From: an uncultured bacterium
GTDB taxonomy: Bacteria; Hydrothermota; E44-bin80
Reading direction: 5' to 3'
Length of the DNA stretch: 64,000 nt
NCBI GenBank assembly: GCA_964392665.1
Contig: CAYMQB010000003.1
Span: forward strand, 21,176 to 85,175
Each line of letters opens with the position of its first letter. Positions within the stretch are counted from its first letter, which is position 1. Positions 54,308 through 63,573 of this stretch are shown in pieces. A program made the translations under genes and the position numbers. The notes beneath the pieces are model-generated. The model was not told the origin of the DNA. It saw only the letters and a list, made by a program, of their open reading frames with translations, and did no database searches.

Positions 54308-54480
54308 TTAAAGAAATATTTCTTGTTTCACGGGATTCGGTCCGAGTTTCTTCACCTCTTCTGTAAATTCGTTTATAGCTTTACGAATCTTGGACCTTGG
54401 GATACAGAGACCCAAGGATGGATACTCTTAAGCCAGGGGAAATAAAGGATATACTATGTTCCGTTGAGAACTTTTTCGAA
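54308..54480 (-). pseudogene. decayed mvhD remnant (C-terminal ~55 codons, frameshifted)
   Basis: The minus-strand translation ...LKSIHPWVSVSQGPRFVK / AINEFTEEVKKLGPNPVKQEIFL* parallels the MvhD C-termini (SWISAGEGPGFAKVITEFTEKIKKLGPNPAKEEVFL). It needs a frameshift and has no start codon. Confidence 0.5.
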
Positions 54481-54508
54481 ATAGAGGAGTCTACTGAGGG
54501 GTGTTATG

Positions 54509-55042
54509 CTAATTCTTTAGTCTAAAACGTCGGTTCTGAAGTTTAGAAGTAGAAATGCTATTAAGGCTTTGCCTAATTATTGTATTCACTGTTTTGGGAA
54601 CTGCCTTTCTTACTTCAAGAGTGCATTGCTCGCTGAAAGTCGTATTGTCTTTAATTTCAATAGCATAAATGTCTATCTGTTCCGGGATACTTACACCACA
54701 CCTTTTTCCGATCTCGATTGCGGTTGCAAAATTTACATCGTGGGGTGAGGATATGTGTATTGTTGAACTAAAATCAGCGACCTTTACTTTATAAAGGGTA
54801 CCAGGATTTCCTTTCTTTGTTTTTATAGCATCAATGACGATTAGTTTTTCATATCCAACGATTAGATCTAATATAGCTAATCCCCCGATACTCGCTTCAA
54901 TCACATCTATATCCTCGTCCGGTTCCCATGCAAAACAGGAGGTATGGTCTTTTAATTTATCTTCTATACGGTGAGCAATCTCTATTCCTATTCCATCATC
55001 CGACAGAATGGGATTTCCCAGTCCTAAGATTAGAATCTTTGC
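54509..55042 (-). CDS. hydrogenase maturation protease (second copy)
   Basis: ILILGLGNPILSDDGIGIEI paralog of the protease at 41876. Start set at MAKILIL (55042). Confidence 0.8.
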   Translation of the reverse strand, partial: AKILILGLGNPILSDDGIGIEIAHRIEDKLKDHTSCFAWEPDEDIDVIEASIGGLAILDLIVGYEKLIVIDAIKTKKGNPGTLYKVKVADFSSTIHISSPHDVNFATAIEIGKRCGVSIPEQIDIYAIEIKDNTTFSEQCTLEVRKAVPKTVNTIIRQSLNSISTSKLQNRRFRLKN

Positions 55043-55089
55043 CATTTTTAGTAAATGTTTAATCAACTACATTACATTTCAAAGAAGGC

Positions 55090-55246
55090 TGTCATTGCGA
55101 GTTTCTCTTCTTGCCCTGTGTAATACCATTATGCACAAAACATTTTTCTATTACACGGGGCTTGTTCCACAAATGCGAAGCAATCCCATATTCACTTTCT
55201 GTCAATATGAGATTGCCACGCCTGCCACAGACAGGCTCGCAATGAC
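55090..55246. repeat. MITE/REP-like element copy B (TIR GTCATTGCGAG ... CTCGCAATGAC)
   Basis: See copy A. Intergenic between mvhA copy 2 and the protease gene. The ORF-track ORF 55008..55697 partly translates this repeat (LALCNTIMHK also appears in the antisense ORF 37250..37927). Confidence 0.65.
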
Positions 55247-55301
55247 GGGGTTTACTGACTATTTACCATCTGATACTCTCGTAATCTGCTTCTCTGATAG
55301 T

Positions 55302-56786
55302 CTATTTTATCTCCCGGCTAAGTCTCTTAACTACTCTACCGTCTGGAGCATGTATAATAATTTCCATAGGCATATGACCCGGAAGGGTATGGGTGGCACA
55401 CGCAAGGCAGGGGTCGTATGCACGAAAAGCCATTTCTACCATATTCAAGAGACCCTGGTTTACTTTCCAGTTCTTTATGAGTTTTTGAGCCGCTCTTTTA
55501 ACAGACATATGCATACCCGCATTATTATGCCCTGTCGCAACTATCAGATTCACTCTCTCTACCATACCTTCTTTGTCTACCCAGTAATGATGCATAAGTG
55601 TTCCTCTTGGTGCTTCACATATGCCGACACCTTCACCAGGTGTCTTGGTGGGTATATTTCTTACCTTCTTGTTTGTTATTTCCTTGTCTTTTATTAGCTC
55701 TACCATCCGCTCACTTGCATAGAGATTTTCAATAATTCGAGCCCAGTGCATAGCCAGGGTATTATGCGCCGGTTTTCCTCCCAGGATTTCATACATCTTT
55801 TCATAGGCTTCCTGTGCTGCAGGTGTTGCCATCCCATCTGCTACATTTAATCTTGCTAACGGTGCTACACGATATATGCCACTATCTTTGCCATCCACAA
55901 ATCCCTTCCATCCGATTTTCTTCAAGAAGGGGAATTTTAGGTATGACCACGGTTCAACATGTTCCCCAATGTAATCTAAATAATTGTCCTCGTTAAACCT
56001 GCAATATTCCTTACCATCCGGGTCAACTACCTTTACTTCCCCATCATAGAAATTAACCTTATCATTTTTATCAACAAGTCCCATATAATAAGTCTTATGA
56101 TAATATATATCGCCTGTTATTAGATCAACATAATCCTTATTCTTCAAGATAAGGTCATCAACTACAAGTTTTAGCGTATATTTGCCAAATTCCACTAATT
56201 CCCCTGACATCTGTTCGATTTCCTTGCGTTCCTCTTCGGTAATGGGGTGAGATAGACCTCCCGGTAATCCGGTTACAGGGTGAATGGTCTTTCCACCTAT
56301 TATCTCTTGAACCCTCTGGGCATTGTATCTATTTTTAATTACTACTTTGCCAACATCCATCCCAACTTTACCAATAACACCGAATAAGTTCCTCTGTGCT
56401 GGAGGAGCATCGGGACCCATCAGAAAATCAGGAGCTCCACCGAGAGCATATATATGGGCAAGATGAGAATGGACCATATGTGCACAGTAACCCAATTCTC
56501 GCAATTTTTTTGCTGCTGAAGGGGGTTCTACCTTAAACACAGCATCCAAACATTTTGATGATGCAATATGGTGGGCCCAGGGACATACTCCACAAAGCCT
56601 TGTGGTAAGCCTTGTCATCTCTTCAACCGGTCTTCCCTGACAGAATCTCTCAAATCCTCTAAGCTCGACTACCTGAAAATAGGCATCTTCAACATTACCT
56701 TCATCATTAAGAAAAATTTCTATTTTTCCATGGCCTTCTAATCTGGTAATGGGCTCAATCGTTATCCTCTTTTTCTTCTCTGACAT
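55302..56786 (-). CDS. [NiFe] hydrogenase large subunit, Mvh type (second copy)
   Basis: RLEGHGKIE, RLCGVCPWAHH and DPCLACATHTLPGH motifs. Start set at MSEKKKRITIEP (ATG 56786, SD GGAG). The ORF-track 84-aa N-terminal extension overlaps the small-subunit gene. Confidence 0.85.
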   Translation of the reverse strand: MSEKKKRITIEPITRLEGHGKIEIFLNDEGNVEDAYFQVVELRGFERFCQGRPVEEMTRLTTRLCGVCPWAHHIASSKCLDAVFKVEPPSAAKKLRELGYCAHMVHSHLAHIYALGGAPDFLMGPDAPPAQRNLFGVIGKVGMDVGKVVIKNRYNAQRVQEIIGGKTIHPVTGLPGGLSHPITEEERKEIEQMSGELVEFGKYTLKLVVDDLILKNKDYVDLITGDIYYHKTYYMGLVDKNDKVNFYDGEVKVVDPDGKEYCRFNEDNYLDYIGEHVEPWSYLKFPFLKKIGWKGFVDGKDSGIYRVAPLARLNVADGMATPAAQEAYEKMYEILGGKPAHNTLAMHWARIIENLYASERMVELIKDKEITNKKVRNIPTKTPGEGVGICEAPRGTLMHHYWVDKEGMVERVNLIVATGHNNAGMHMSVKRAAQKLIKNWKVNQGLLNMVEMAFRAYDPCLACATHTLPGHMPMEIIIHAPDGRVVKRLSREIK

Positions 56787-56787
56787 C

Positions 56788-57777
56788 CTATTTTTTCTCC
56801 TTCTCAACCTTTCTAAGCAAAGACTTAGGCATCGAGAACCTGTAGAATGTACCCAGTGGGTCCTTAATCTGACCGACCAATTTTTCGATATCTTCCTCAG
56901 ACAACTGGGTCTCTTTATCAGAGATTGCCAAGATAGAGGTGATTGCTGAAAGGATGCTTCCACCTTGGTCAATGGCAGCAGCGGTTGCACCCAGGCATCC
57001 TCTGCATGGCATATTAGCTCTGATACATTTTGCATCACAACCTGCTCTGGTTGCCGGACCGAGACAGATAATCCCCTGTTCTAAGAGACACTTGTCCGGG
57101 TTTAATTCAATTTCATGTGGTCTATAGATTCTCTCAATGTTTATCTTTTTAGGCTTTTCTCTTGGGCACTCATCACAGAGAGCTTTCTCCGATGCTAATA
57201 CGGAACCCTTTGGTGGGAGTTTTCCGCTTATTATAGCATCAAGTGCCTGATTTATTTGTGTAACCAATGGTGGACATCCGGGGAGGTAATAGTCGACTGT
57301 AACTATGTCATCAAGTGAAAATACCTCATCGTAGAATCTCGGCAGGGTCAATTTGTGTCCTGTTTCATCCTTCCATTCCGGCAGGGGAACGACAAAATCC
57401 GGATTTACAGTACTCGGTGTATCCATATAAGATTCCTTAAAGATCTCATCCTTGTTAGTTACATTTGCAAGCCCTGGAATTCCTCCGTAACAGGAACAAC
57501 TACCAAAAGAGATTAAAATCTTGGATTTTTTCCTGAAAAGTTTTGCAATATGTTCATTTTCGCTGTCGCGGATAGCACCATGATGAAATGTAATGTCAAT
57601 ATATCCATCATCCCATTTCTCAACTTCCTTAAGTTTTGTATCCATAATTACAGCAGCGTAAACGATATCTGCTATTTTAATAACATCCAGGATTTTCTCG
57701 TTTATATCAACAATCTCGACATCGCAGCCAGAACAGGTTGCTCCTCTTGCTATTGCCAATTTTAACTTATCAGCCAT
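56788..57777 (-). CDS. [NiFe] hydrogenase small subunit, Mvh type (second copy)
   Basis: ARGATCSGCDVEIVD proximal-cluster motif. Start set at MADKLKLAIA (57777). Paralog of 51532..52500. Confidence 0.85.
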   Translation of the reverse strand: MADKLKLAIARGATCSGCDVEIVDINEKILDVIKIADIVYAAVIMDTKLKEVEKWDDGYIDITFHHGAIRDSENEHIAKLFRKKSKILISFGSCSCYGGIPGLANVTNKDEIFKESYMDTPSTVNPDFVVPLPEWKDETGHKLTLPRFYDEVFSLDDIVTVDYYLPGCPPLVTQINQALDAIISGKLPPKGSVLASEKALCDECPREKPKKINIERIYRPHEIELNPDKCLLEQGIICLGPATRAGCDAKCIRANMPCRGCLGATAAAIDQGGSILSAITSILAISDKETQLSEEDIEKLVGQIKDPLGTFYRFSMPKSLLRKVEKEKK

Positions 57778-58210
57778 TTTTACCCTTTCCCCTTTTTGTA
57801 GGTCCGAAAGGACTGGGACCAAGTTCTGTAATCTCATCTATAAAGTTGTTTACCACTTCCTGGAATCTGCCACCTTCTCCTGCAGATATCCATTCCAGAC
57901 GCAATCTTTTTCGGTCGAGTCCAAACTGCTGAAGCATAATGCGCAGTAAAGCCATTCTCCTTCTCGTTCGGTAGTTACCTCCAATATAATGGCAGTCCCC
58001 TGGATGACATGCCGCGACCAGAATACCATCCGCACCCTTCTTGATTGCCTCGAGAATAAACTCTGGATCCACCCTCGCCGAGCACATAGCCCGTATTACC
58101 CTGAAGTAGGGTTTGATCTGTAACCTGCTTACTCCGGCAAGGTCCGCCCCGGCATAAGAACACCAGTTACAGCAAAAAACAAGAATCTTAGGTTTGAAAT
58201 CCTTATTCAT
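57770..58210 (-). CDS. MvhD-like [2Fe-2S] protein (methyl-viologen-reducing hydrogenase delta subunit family)
   Basis: CCNWCSYAGADLAGVSRLQ ... RVMCSARVDP ... ACHPGDCHYIGGNY carries the MvhD Cys pattern. Start set at MNKDFKPKILVF (58210). Confidence 0.75.
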   Translation of the reverse strand: MNKDFKPKILVFCCNWCSYAGADLAGVSRLQIKPYFRVIRAMCSARVDPEFILEAIKKGADGILVAACHPGDCHYIGGNYRTRRRMALLRIMLQQFGLDRKRLRLEWISAGEGGRFQEVVNNFIDEITELGPSPFGPTKRGKGKNG

Positions 58211-58218
58211 TTTTATTC

Positions 58219-59037
58219 TCACATAAATAGCTTTATCAAAGTTACGATACCCAGTAAAATTACAATGATTCCAATTATTAAACTCAGCATATTCGTTTTC
58301 ATTCTTTTTACAGTAAAGACCGATAATGGTACCGATAAAACAGCTCCTATTATTAAATAAGGAGCCAGTTTCCAATCTATAACGGACTTTGTTAGAGAAT
58401 AGGCAATAACACCAACAAGACAGGTTGACCCTTCTGCCAGAGAAGTTATGCCTATGGCACTTTTACTGTTTATCCCCGAGAGTATTTGGCCACCGGTCAC
58501 TACGGGTCCATAACCTCCACCGCTCATTCCTTTATTAAAGGATGCAATTGTCCCGAGAGCGAAGATTTTTTTCCATGAAAAGATATATTTTCTTTTTAAG
58601 GTAGACAGTATCATCACACCAATGCCAAAAACCAGAAGCCCGATGTAGAGTTTCAACCAGAATGTCGGTATGGAGATAGCTAAAAAGACTGCCGCCAGGG
58701 TTCCGAAAATGCTGCAGGCTGCAAGTACAATAGCGGTCTTAAGATGAAAAGGCACTTCCTGTTTGAAGGTATTGATGTATCCAAGAGCGCTCAGTTTTCC
58801 AATTATTTGTCGAAACTCTGTTGTTCTGGGTTTAAGATTTACATTCCCTACCTTATGGTGTCCGAAAGCCGCTAACAGACCTGTAATTAGCTCTGAAAGC
58901 AGAATTGCTGGTACTACCTGTAGAGGGGAATAGCCCATCATCAGAAGAACCGGTGTTAAAATCGTACCATATCCCATACCAAGCGTTGAATCTATATATT
59001 CGCAGATAAATGCAATAACTACAATGGTGATTCCCAT
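58219..59037 (-). CDS. TauE/SafE (DUF81) family membrane transporter, embedded in the hydrogenase cluster
   Basis: Polytopic with a duplicated 4-TM unit and Gly-rich NKGMSGGGYGPVVTGG. Start set at MGITIVVIAF (59037), because an upstream small ORF ends at 59051. Confidence 0.65.
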   Translation of the reverse strand: MGITIVVIAFICEYIDSTLGMGYGTILTPVLLMMGYSPLQVVPAILLSELITGLLAAFGHHKVGNVNLKPRTTEFRQIIGKLSALGYINTFKQEVPFHLKTAIVLAACSIFGTLAAVFLAISIPTFWLKLYIGLLVFGIGVMILSTLKRKYIFSWKKIFALGTIASFNKGMSGGGYGPVVTGGQILSGINSKSAIGITSLAEGSTCLVGVIAYSLTKSVIDWKLAPYLIIGAVLSVPLSVFTVKRMKTNMLSLIIGIIVILLGIVTLIKLFM

Positions 59038-59050
59038 TTCGATGGTTAAG

Positions 59051-59212
59051 TTAAAAATCACTTGTGATTCCTTCCAATGCAGTATCAATTATTGTAAGCA
59101 TCTGTTTGGTTTTAAATCCTTTCTGCTCCATTGCTCTCGATGGACACGCGGCAATACAACCCCCGCATCTTTTACAAAATGCCTTTGTGAGTTTTGCCTT
59201 TTTTGTATCCAA
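59051..59212 (-). CDS. possible small single-motif [4Fe-4S] ferredoxin-like peptide (53 aa, TTG start); not in the ORF track
   Basis: The minus-strand ORF reads (L)DTKKAKLTKAFCKRCGGCIAACPSRAMEQKGFKTKQMLTIIDTALEGITSDF* and contains CxxCxxCxxxCP. It fills the 186-nt gap between mvhD and tauE. The SD is weak and the start codon non-canonical. Confidence 0.25.
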   Translation of the reverse strand: MDTKKAKLTKAFCKRCGGCIAACPSRAMEQKGFKTKQMLTIIDTALEGITSDF

Positions 59213-59223
59213 TCCTCGTATGT

Positions 59224-59649
59224 TTATAAGAAGACCTCTTCCTTAGCAGGATTTGGTCCAAGCTTCTTTATCTTTTCTGTAAATTCGGTAATTACTTTGG
59301 CGAATCCAGGACCTTCTCCTGCAGATATCCAGGACAATCTGAGACGATCGGATTCTAAACCTAAGTTTTCAAAAATGTTTTTCAATATAGCAAACTTTCG
59401 ACGAGCCTGATAATTTCCTTTCTGATAGTGACAATCTCCTGGATGACAACCCGCCACCAGCACACCATCCGCTCCTATTAGGAACACTCTTATAATAAAG
59501 AGCGGATTCACTCTACTGGAACACATAACTCTAATAGTTCTCAGAGAGGGTGGCATTTGTAATCTGCTTACCCCTGCGAGATCAGCGCCAGCATAGGAAC
59601 ACCAATTACAAAGAAAACCTACTATTTTTGGTGCAAATTTTTCATTCAT
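59224..59649 (-). CDS. MvhD-like [2Fe-2S] protein (paralog)
   Basis: LCNWCSYAGADLAGVSRLQ ... GCHPGDCHYQKGNY. Start set at MNEKFAPKIVGF (59649). Confidence 0.75.
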   Translation of the reverse strand: MNEKFAPKIVGFLCNWCSYAGADLAGVSRLQMPPSLRTIRVMCSSRVNPLFIIRVFLIGADGVLVAGCHPGDCHYQKGNYQARRKFAILKNIFENLGLESDRLRLSWISAGEGPGFAKVITEFTEKIKKLGPNPAKEEVFL

Positions 59650-59659
59650 ACTCGCTCCT

Positions 59660-60769
59660 TTAATCCTCGACTTCAACAAACTCATCTGTTTCGAAAGTAG
59701 TGACAGGAATTTGCTCTTCTACGTCCCTTCCCGGGAGATAATCAAACATTTTCTGAACAGAATCTCCAACTTTCAAAAAGATAGTTGAAATTGGTATATT
59801 AGCGGGACACACATCTGCACATAAGCCACATCCGACGCAGGAAATGCCAACATGGGTTAATCTACCAATCTGATAAGATATTGTATCAGGGGGAACTCTT
59901 AATCCTCCTCTTCGTTTAAGCTGCATTTCATAGACGGAAGGCTTATGTTCATAGGTCTTGGAATCAGAATAACACAAGTTGCAATAACAAATAGGGCATA
60001 CCTTACTGCATCCATGACAACCTATACATTTTCCAAAGGTCTCTATCAATCCCTTCAAACCAAACTTTTCAATTCCAATTTCATCAAAAAGTCTCTTCTT
60101 CTCATCTTTTCTTTTATTCCGCATAGAAACCACTTCTTCTGATTCAAGTTTTCCTTCCACAAACTCTCCATCAATTCCATCCACAAATTGTTGCCCTTTC
60201 TCGGTATTTAGAAAAATTTCGCATTGATTGTCAATGTCTTTCTTGCCTATTAAAGTAACAGTTATATCTGCAGTATAAGGTAAAAAATGCTCGCAACCCA
60301 TACAAGTAGGTCTCGTATCAGGAACTATTTCGCCTCTTTTAGTTGCATCCCAGTATTGGGAAAGTTTTTTGTCTATATCGCCATTTACAGCCATTTCAAG
60401 TGGATAGACTCCAGCACAGGTCGATGATACTAACAGTAAATTTTCCAGACTCCCTTGTTTTCGTTTCACAAGCTCTATAAATGCTCTTAACTCACAAGGT
60501 CTTACAACGGCCACAACAGGGTCAACAACAGAACCTCTTAGCGTAAGATTAGATAACAATTTACCCGCATTTGCAGGCATCAGAGGGAAAAGTGGCACAG
60601 CATCTTTAAGCATGTCTAAGCTGGTAATGAGGGAATATGCTACTGCACCGTTACCATTAATTTTTCTAAGTGTGAAAACTCCTTTAACCTTTCCGCTCTT
60701 CAAAAGGAACTTAAGAAGCTCTTTAACAGCTTCTTCCACACTTTTATTTGTTTTAAGAACTTTCGTCAT
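59660..60769 (-). CDS. FrhB/FdhB-family iron-sulfur flavoprotein-like subunit (copy B)
   Basis: The N-terminal domain is FrhB_FdhB_N-like (RPCELRAFIE, SSTCAGVYP). The C-terminus has CIGCHGCSKVCPICYC and CVGCGLCADVCP [4Fe-4S] motifs. Confidence 0.5.
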   Translation of the reverse strand: MTKVLKTNKSVEEAVKELLKFLLKSGKVKGVFTLRKINGNGAVAYSLITSLDMLKDAVPLFPLMPANAGKLLSNLTLRGSVVDPVVAVVRPCELRAFIELVKRKQGSLENLLLVSSTCAGVYPLEMAVNGDIDKKLSQYWDATKRGEIVPDTRPTCMGCEHFLPYTADITVTLIGKKDIDNQCEIFLNTEKGQQFVDGIDGEFVEGKLESEEVVSMRNKRKDEKKRLFDEIGIEKFGLKGLIETFGKCIGCHGCSKVCPICYCNLCYSDSKTYEHKPSVYEMQLKRRGGLRVPPDTISYQIGRLTHVGISCVGCGLCADVCPANIPISTIFLKVGDSVQKMFDYLPGRDVEEQIPVTTFETDEFVEVED

Positions 60770-60771
60770 TT

Positions 60772-61908
60772 TTATATTTCCACCTTATGTAATTCATCTT
60801 CTTCATAAGTTTTTAGAGGAAGTGACTCCTCTACACTTTTGCCTGGAACATAATTAAATAATTCTTGAGAGTTATCAGCCACAAAATTAAATATCTGTGA
60901 TACATCAATGGACATAGGACAAGCATCTTCACACGCGCCACATCCTACACAAGAAAGACTCATATGTGTCATTCTCCCAAGATGAAACAACAAGGTATCA
61001 GGAAGAAATCGCAGCGCTCCTTTGCTATCTGCCCTCATTAAGTAATCATCGGAAGGAAGTTTCATTATCTCTGATTCAAAGTAACACTGTCTGCAGTAAC
61101 ATATGGGACAAGCACTCCGACAATTATGACAATTTATACATTTACTGAAGGTATCAAGTAGATTGTCAATACCCATAACTTCAGATTTTAGTCTTTCCTG
61201 GACCTCTTTTCTCTTTTTCTTTCTGACCTCTATGATCTCTTTTGCTTTTTTCTCCCAATTGTCCACTGATTTTTCTGCTTCGATATCCATCTCGTTTAAG
61301 ATGCTTTTACCACTTTCATTGTTTGGAATAAGAAAAATGATTTTATCTTCTGTTCCCAGTATCCCTATATGCAAATTAGACTGACAAAACCCAATGTCTG
61401 TCCCTATAAATTTATCGCATACCTGACAAGCTGGACGTGTAGATTCATTTCCCCACTGTATGTCATTCTGAGCAGAGTGAAGAATCTTATTGAATTTATC
61501 CATAGCTTCCTTGGGTCTCCCAAGATAATCCTTTAATGGCAATACACCTGGACAGTCGATTGAGATAAGGAATATATTTTCTAAATTTACTTGCTCTAAT
61601 TTTGAAAGTTCAACTGCGGCTCTTACTTCACACGGTCTCATAATAGCAGCAATCTTTCTATTTGTTTTCCCCATTTTTGTTATACTACTTAATGCCTTAG
61701 CTCCCTGAACCGGCATAACAGGAGGGAGAGGATTTGCATCCTTAAGAAGGGATTTATTCTGAACCAAGACCCATGCAAATGAATCCCCTGCAGGGACCTT
61801 TATAGGTATAAGAACTGCATCGAAACACTTTTTGTCCAATCCTTTTTCCAAAAAATTAATGATCGTTTTTGCTATGTTTTCGGTCACATTTAGAATTGCA
61901 CCCTTCAT
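60772..61908 (-). CDS. FrhB/FdhB-family iron-sulfur flavoprotein-like subunit (copy A, tandem paralog)
   Basis: IMRPCEVRAAVE and ISIDCPGVLP in the N-terminal domain. CINCHNCRSACPICYC and CVGCGACEDACP in the C-terminus. Collinear with the paralog downstream. Confidence 0.5.
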   Translation of the reverse strand: MKGAILNVTENIAKTIINFLEKGLDKKCFDAVLIPIKVPAGDSFAWVLVQNKSLLKDANPLPPVMPVQGAKALSSITKMGKTNRKIAAIMRPCEVRAAVELSKLEQVNLENIFLISIDCPGVLPLKDYLGRPKEAMDKFNKILHSAQNDIQWGNESTRPACQVCDKFIGTDIGFCQSNLHIGILGTEDKIIFLIPNNESGKSILNEMDIEAEKSVDNWEKKAKEIIEVRKKKRKEVQERLKSEVMGIDNLLDTFSKCINCHNCRSACPICYCRQCYFESEIMKLPSDDYLMRADSKGALRFLPDTLLFHLGRMTHMSLSCVGCGACEDACPMSIDVSQIFNFVADNSQELFNYVPGKSVEESLPLKTYEEDELHKVEI

Positions 61909-63572
61909 CTCAGTGCCTCCACAACTTCTTGATGGAGCTGTGTAGTTGTGGAATGTTTAACTGATGCAGCTCCAGATGGACAACTTCCTACGCAGTTTCC
62001 ACATCCTCTACATAAGACTTCATTTACTACTGAAACCCTTTTCATCTCATCAAAGTAAATAGCCCCATAAGTGCAGACCTCAAGACAAGTTTGACATCCA
62101 ATGCAAAGAGCTTCCGAGATTTCAGAAGTTTTTATTTCAGGCTCTAATTTCTTGCCCGGAATAAGTGAAGAAAGTATTCTTCCTGCCACTGCCTGTGCTT
62201 GAACTATTGATTCTGGAATATTCTTTGGGCCCTGCGAGCAACCGGCAATAAATATTCCTTCCATGGATGTGCTAACAGGTGCAAGTTTTGGATGTTCTTC
62301 TTGGAAAAATCCTCCATCTCCTTGAGAAATCCTGAGCATTTCTGCAAGTTTAGCTGTATCACCACTTGGTTCAATCGCCGGTGCAAGAATGACCATATCA
62401 ACCGAAGAGGTCTTTTCCTCTCCTTCCTCAGTCTTATACTTTATTACCTTATCCATAACTTCCACTTCGTTAGAACGAATGAAATTAACTCCCTTAGCTT
62501 TAGTATCTTCATAGAATTTCTGGCGAGCCTTGCCCGGAATGGATAAATCCTGGTAAAATTCTGTTACATTAGCATCCGGGAGTTTAGATTTGATATAATT
62601 TGCAAACTTAAGGCAATACATACAGCATACCCCTGAACAATAACCTCTTTCTTCTCGCCCCACACAATGGATAATACCAATAGACTTTGGGGGTTTACCA
62701 TCTTTTCGAAGAATCTTTCCGTCTATATTCATTCTTTCAAATTCTAAAGCAGTATAGACATTGTCGTATTGTCCATATCCATATCGAGGAAGCTGCTTTA
62801 GATTAAGCATACTGAACCCTGTAGCTACTACGATTGCTCCAACTCTGAGTTCAAGTTCCTTATTTTCTCCTGTTTTTACTTTTACAACAAAATTACCAAG
62901 AAATCCCAACACTTCTTCAACTTCACTGTTAGTATAAAGTTTGATGTCTTCGCTTTGTTTCACCTCCTGAATCCTCTGAGATATAATATCAAGGCTTGAT
63001 TCCATTCGTGGAAGAAGTTTATCCAATTCTTTTACTTTTCCACCTAAAACATCAGTTTTCTCCACCAAGTGGATTTTTCTATCTCCACTGGCAAGTAATA
63101 AACTCGCCTCCATACCTGCAATACCTCCTCCTATTACGAGAACATCGGGATTTGTCTCTATTTCTTTCTTAACAAGAGCTTTGTGAAAAGGAATCCTCCT
63201 AAGAGCTGCTCTTATATATCTTATTGCCCTTTCAGTAGCGAGCTCCTTATCGGTTATAATCCAGGCACATTGCTCCCGTATGTTAGTCAGTTGAAAGAAG
63301 TACGGGTTAATACCTGCTTCCTCGCATACCTTCATGAATGTAACTTCGTGCTGCTTTGGCGAGCAAGCAGCAACCACGATACGCGTTAATCCATGCTTTT
63401 GTATACTCTCTTTAAGGAATTTCTTGCCATTTTCGGAACACAAAAGTTTGTGTCTCTCAACTACATCTACATCAGGCAGAGAAGAAATTGTTTTCATAAC
63501 CCTGTCAATATCTACATTATCTGCTATATTAGGTCCGCATTCACATACATATACACCTATTTTCTCTTCCAT
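61905..63572 (-). CDS. HdrA-like FAD/[4Fe-4S] flavoprotein with an extra N-terminal Cys-containing domain
   Basis: FAD motif VLVIGGGIAGMEAS. The C-terminal 2x[4Fe-4S] reads CIGCQTCLEVCTYG and CRGCGNCVGSCP. The N-terminal ~140 aa contain VYVCECGPNI...CSENG...AACSPKQH. Start set at MEEKIGVYV (63572). Confidence 0.8.
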   Translation of the reverse strand: MEEKIGVYVCECGPNIADNVDIDRVMKTISSLPDVDVVERHKLLCSENGKKFLKESIQKHGLTRIVVAACSPKQHEVTFMKVCEEAGINPYFFQLTNIREQCAWIITDKELATERAIRYIRAALRRIPFHKALVKKEIETNPDVLVIGGGIAGMEASLLLASGDRKIHLVEKTDVLGGKVKELDKLLPRMESSLDIISQRIQEVKQSEDIKLYTNSEVEEVLGFLGNFVVKVKTGENKELELRVGAIVVATGFSMLNLKQLPRYGYGQYDNVYTALEFERMNIDGKILRKDGKPPKSIGIIHCVGREERGYCSGVCCMYCLKFANYIKSKLPDANVTEFYQDLSIPGKARQKFYEDTKAKGVNFIRSNEVEVMDKVIKYKTEEGEEKTSSVDMVILAPAIEPSGDTAKLAEMLRISQGDGGFFQEEHPKLAPVSTSMEGIFIAGCSQGPKNIPESIVQAQAVAGRILSSLIPGKKLEPEIKTSEISEALCIGCQTCLEVCTYGAIYFDEMKRVSVVNEVLCRGCGNCVGSCPSGAASVKHSTTTQLHQEVVEALR

Positions 63573-63573
63573 T

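Noticed and set aside
55008-55697. 229-aa plus-strand ORF across MITE copy B and antisense to mvhA copy 2
   Set aside because: Repeat translation plus an antisense read-through. No coding signal.
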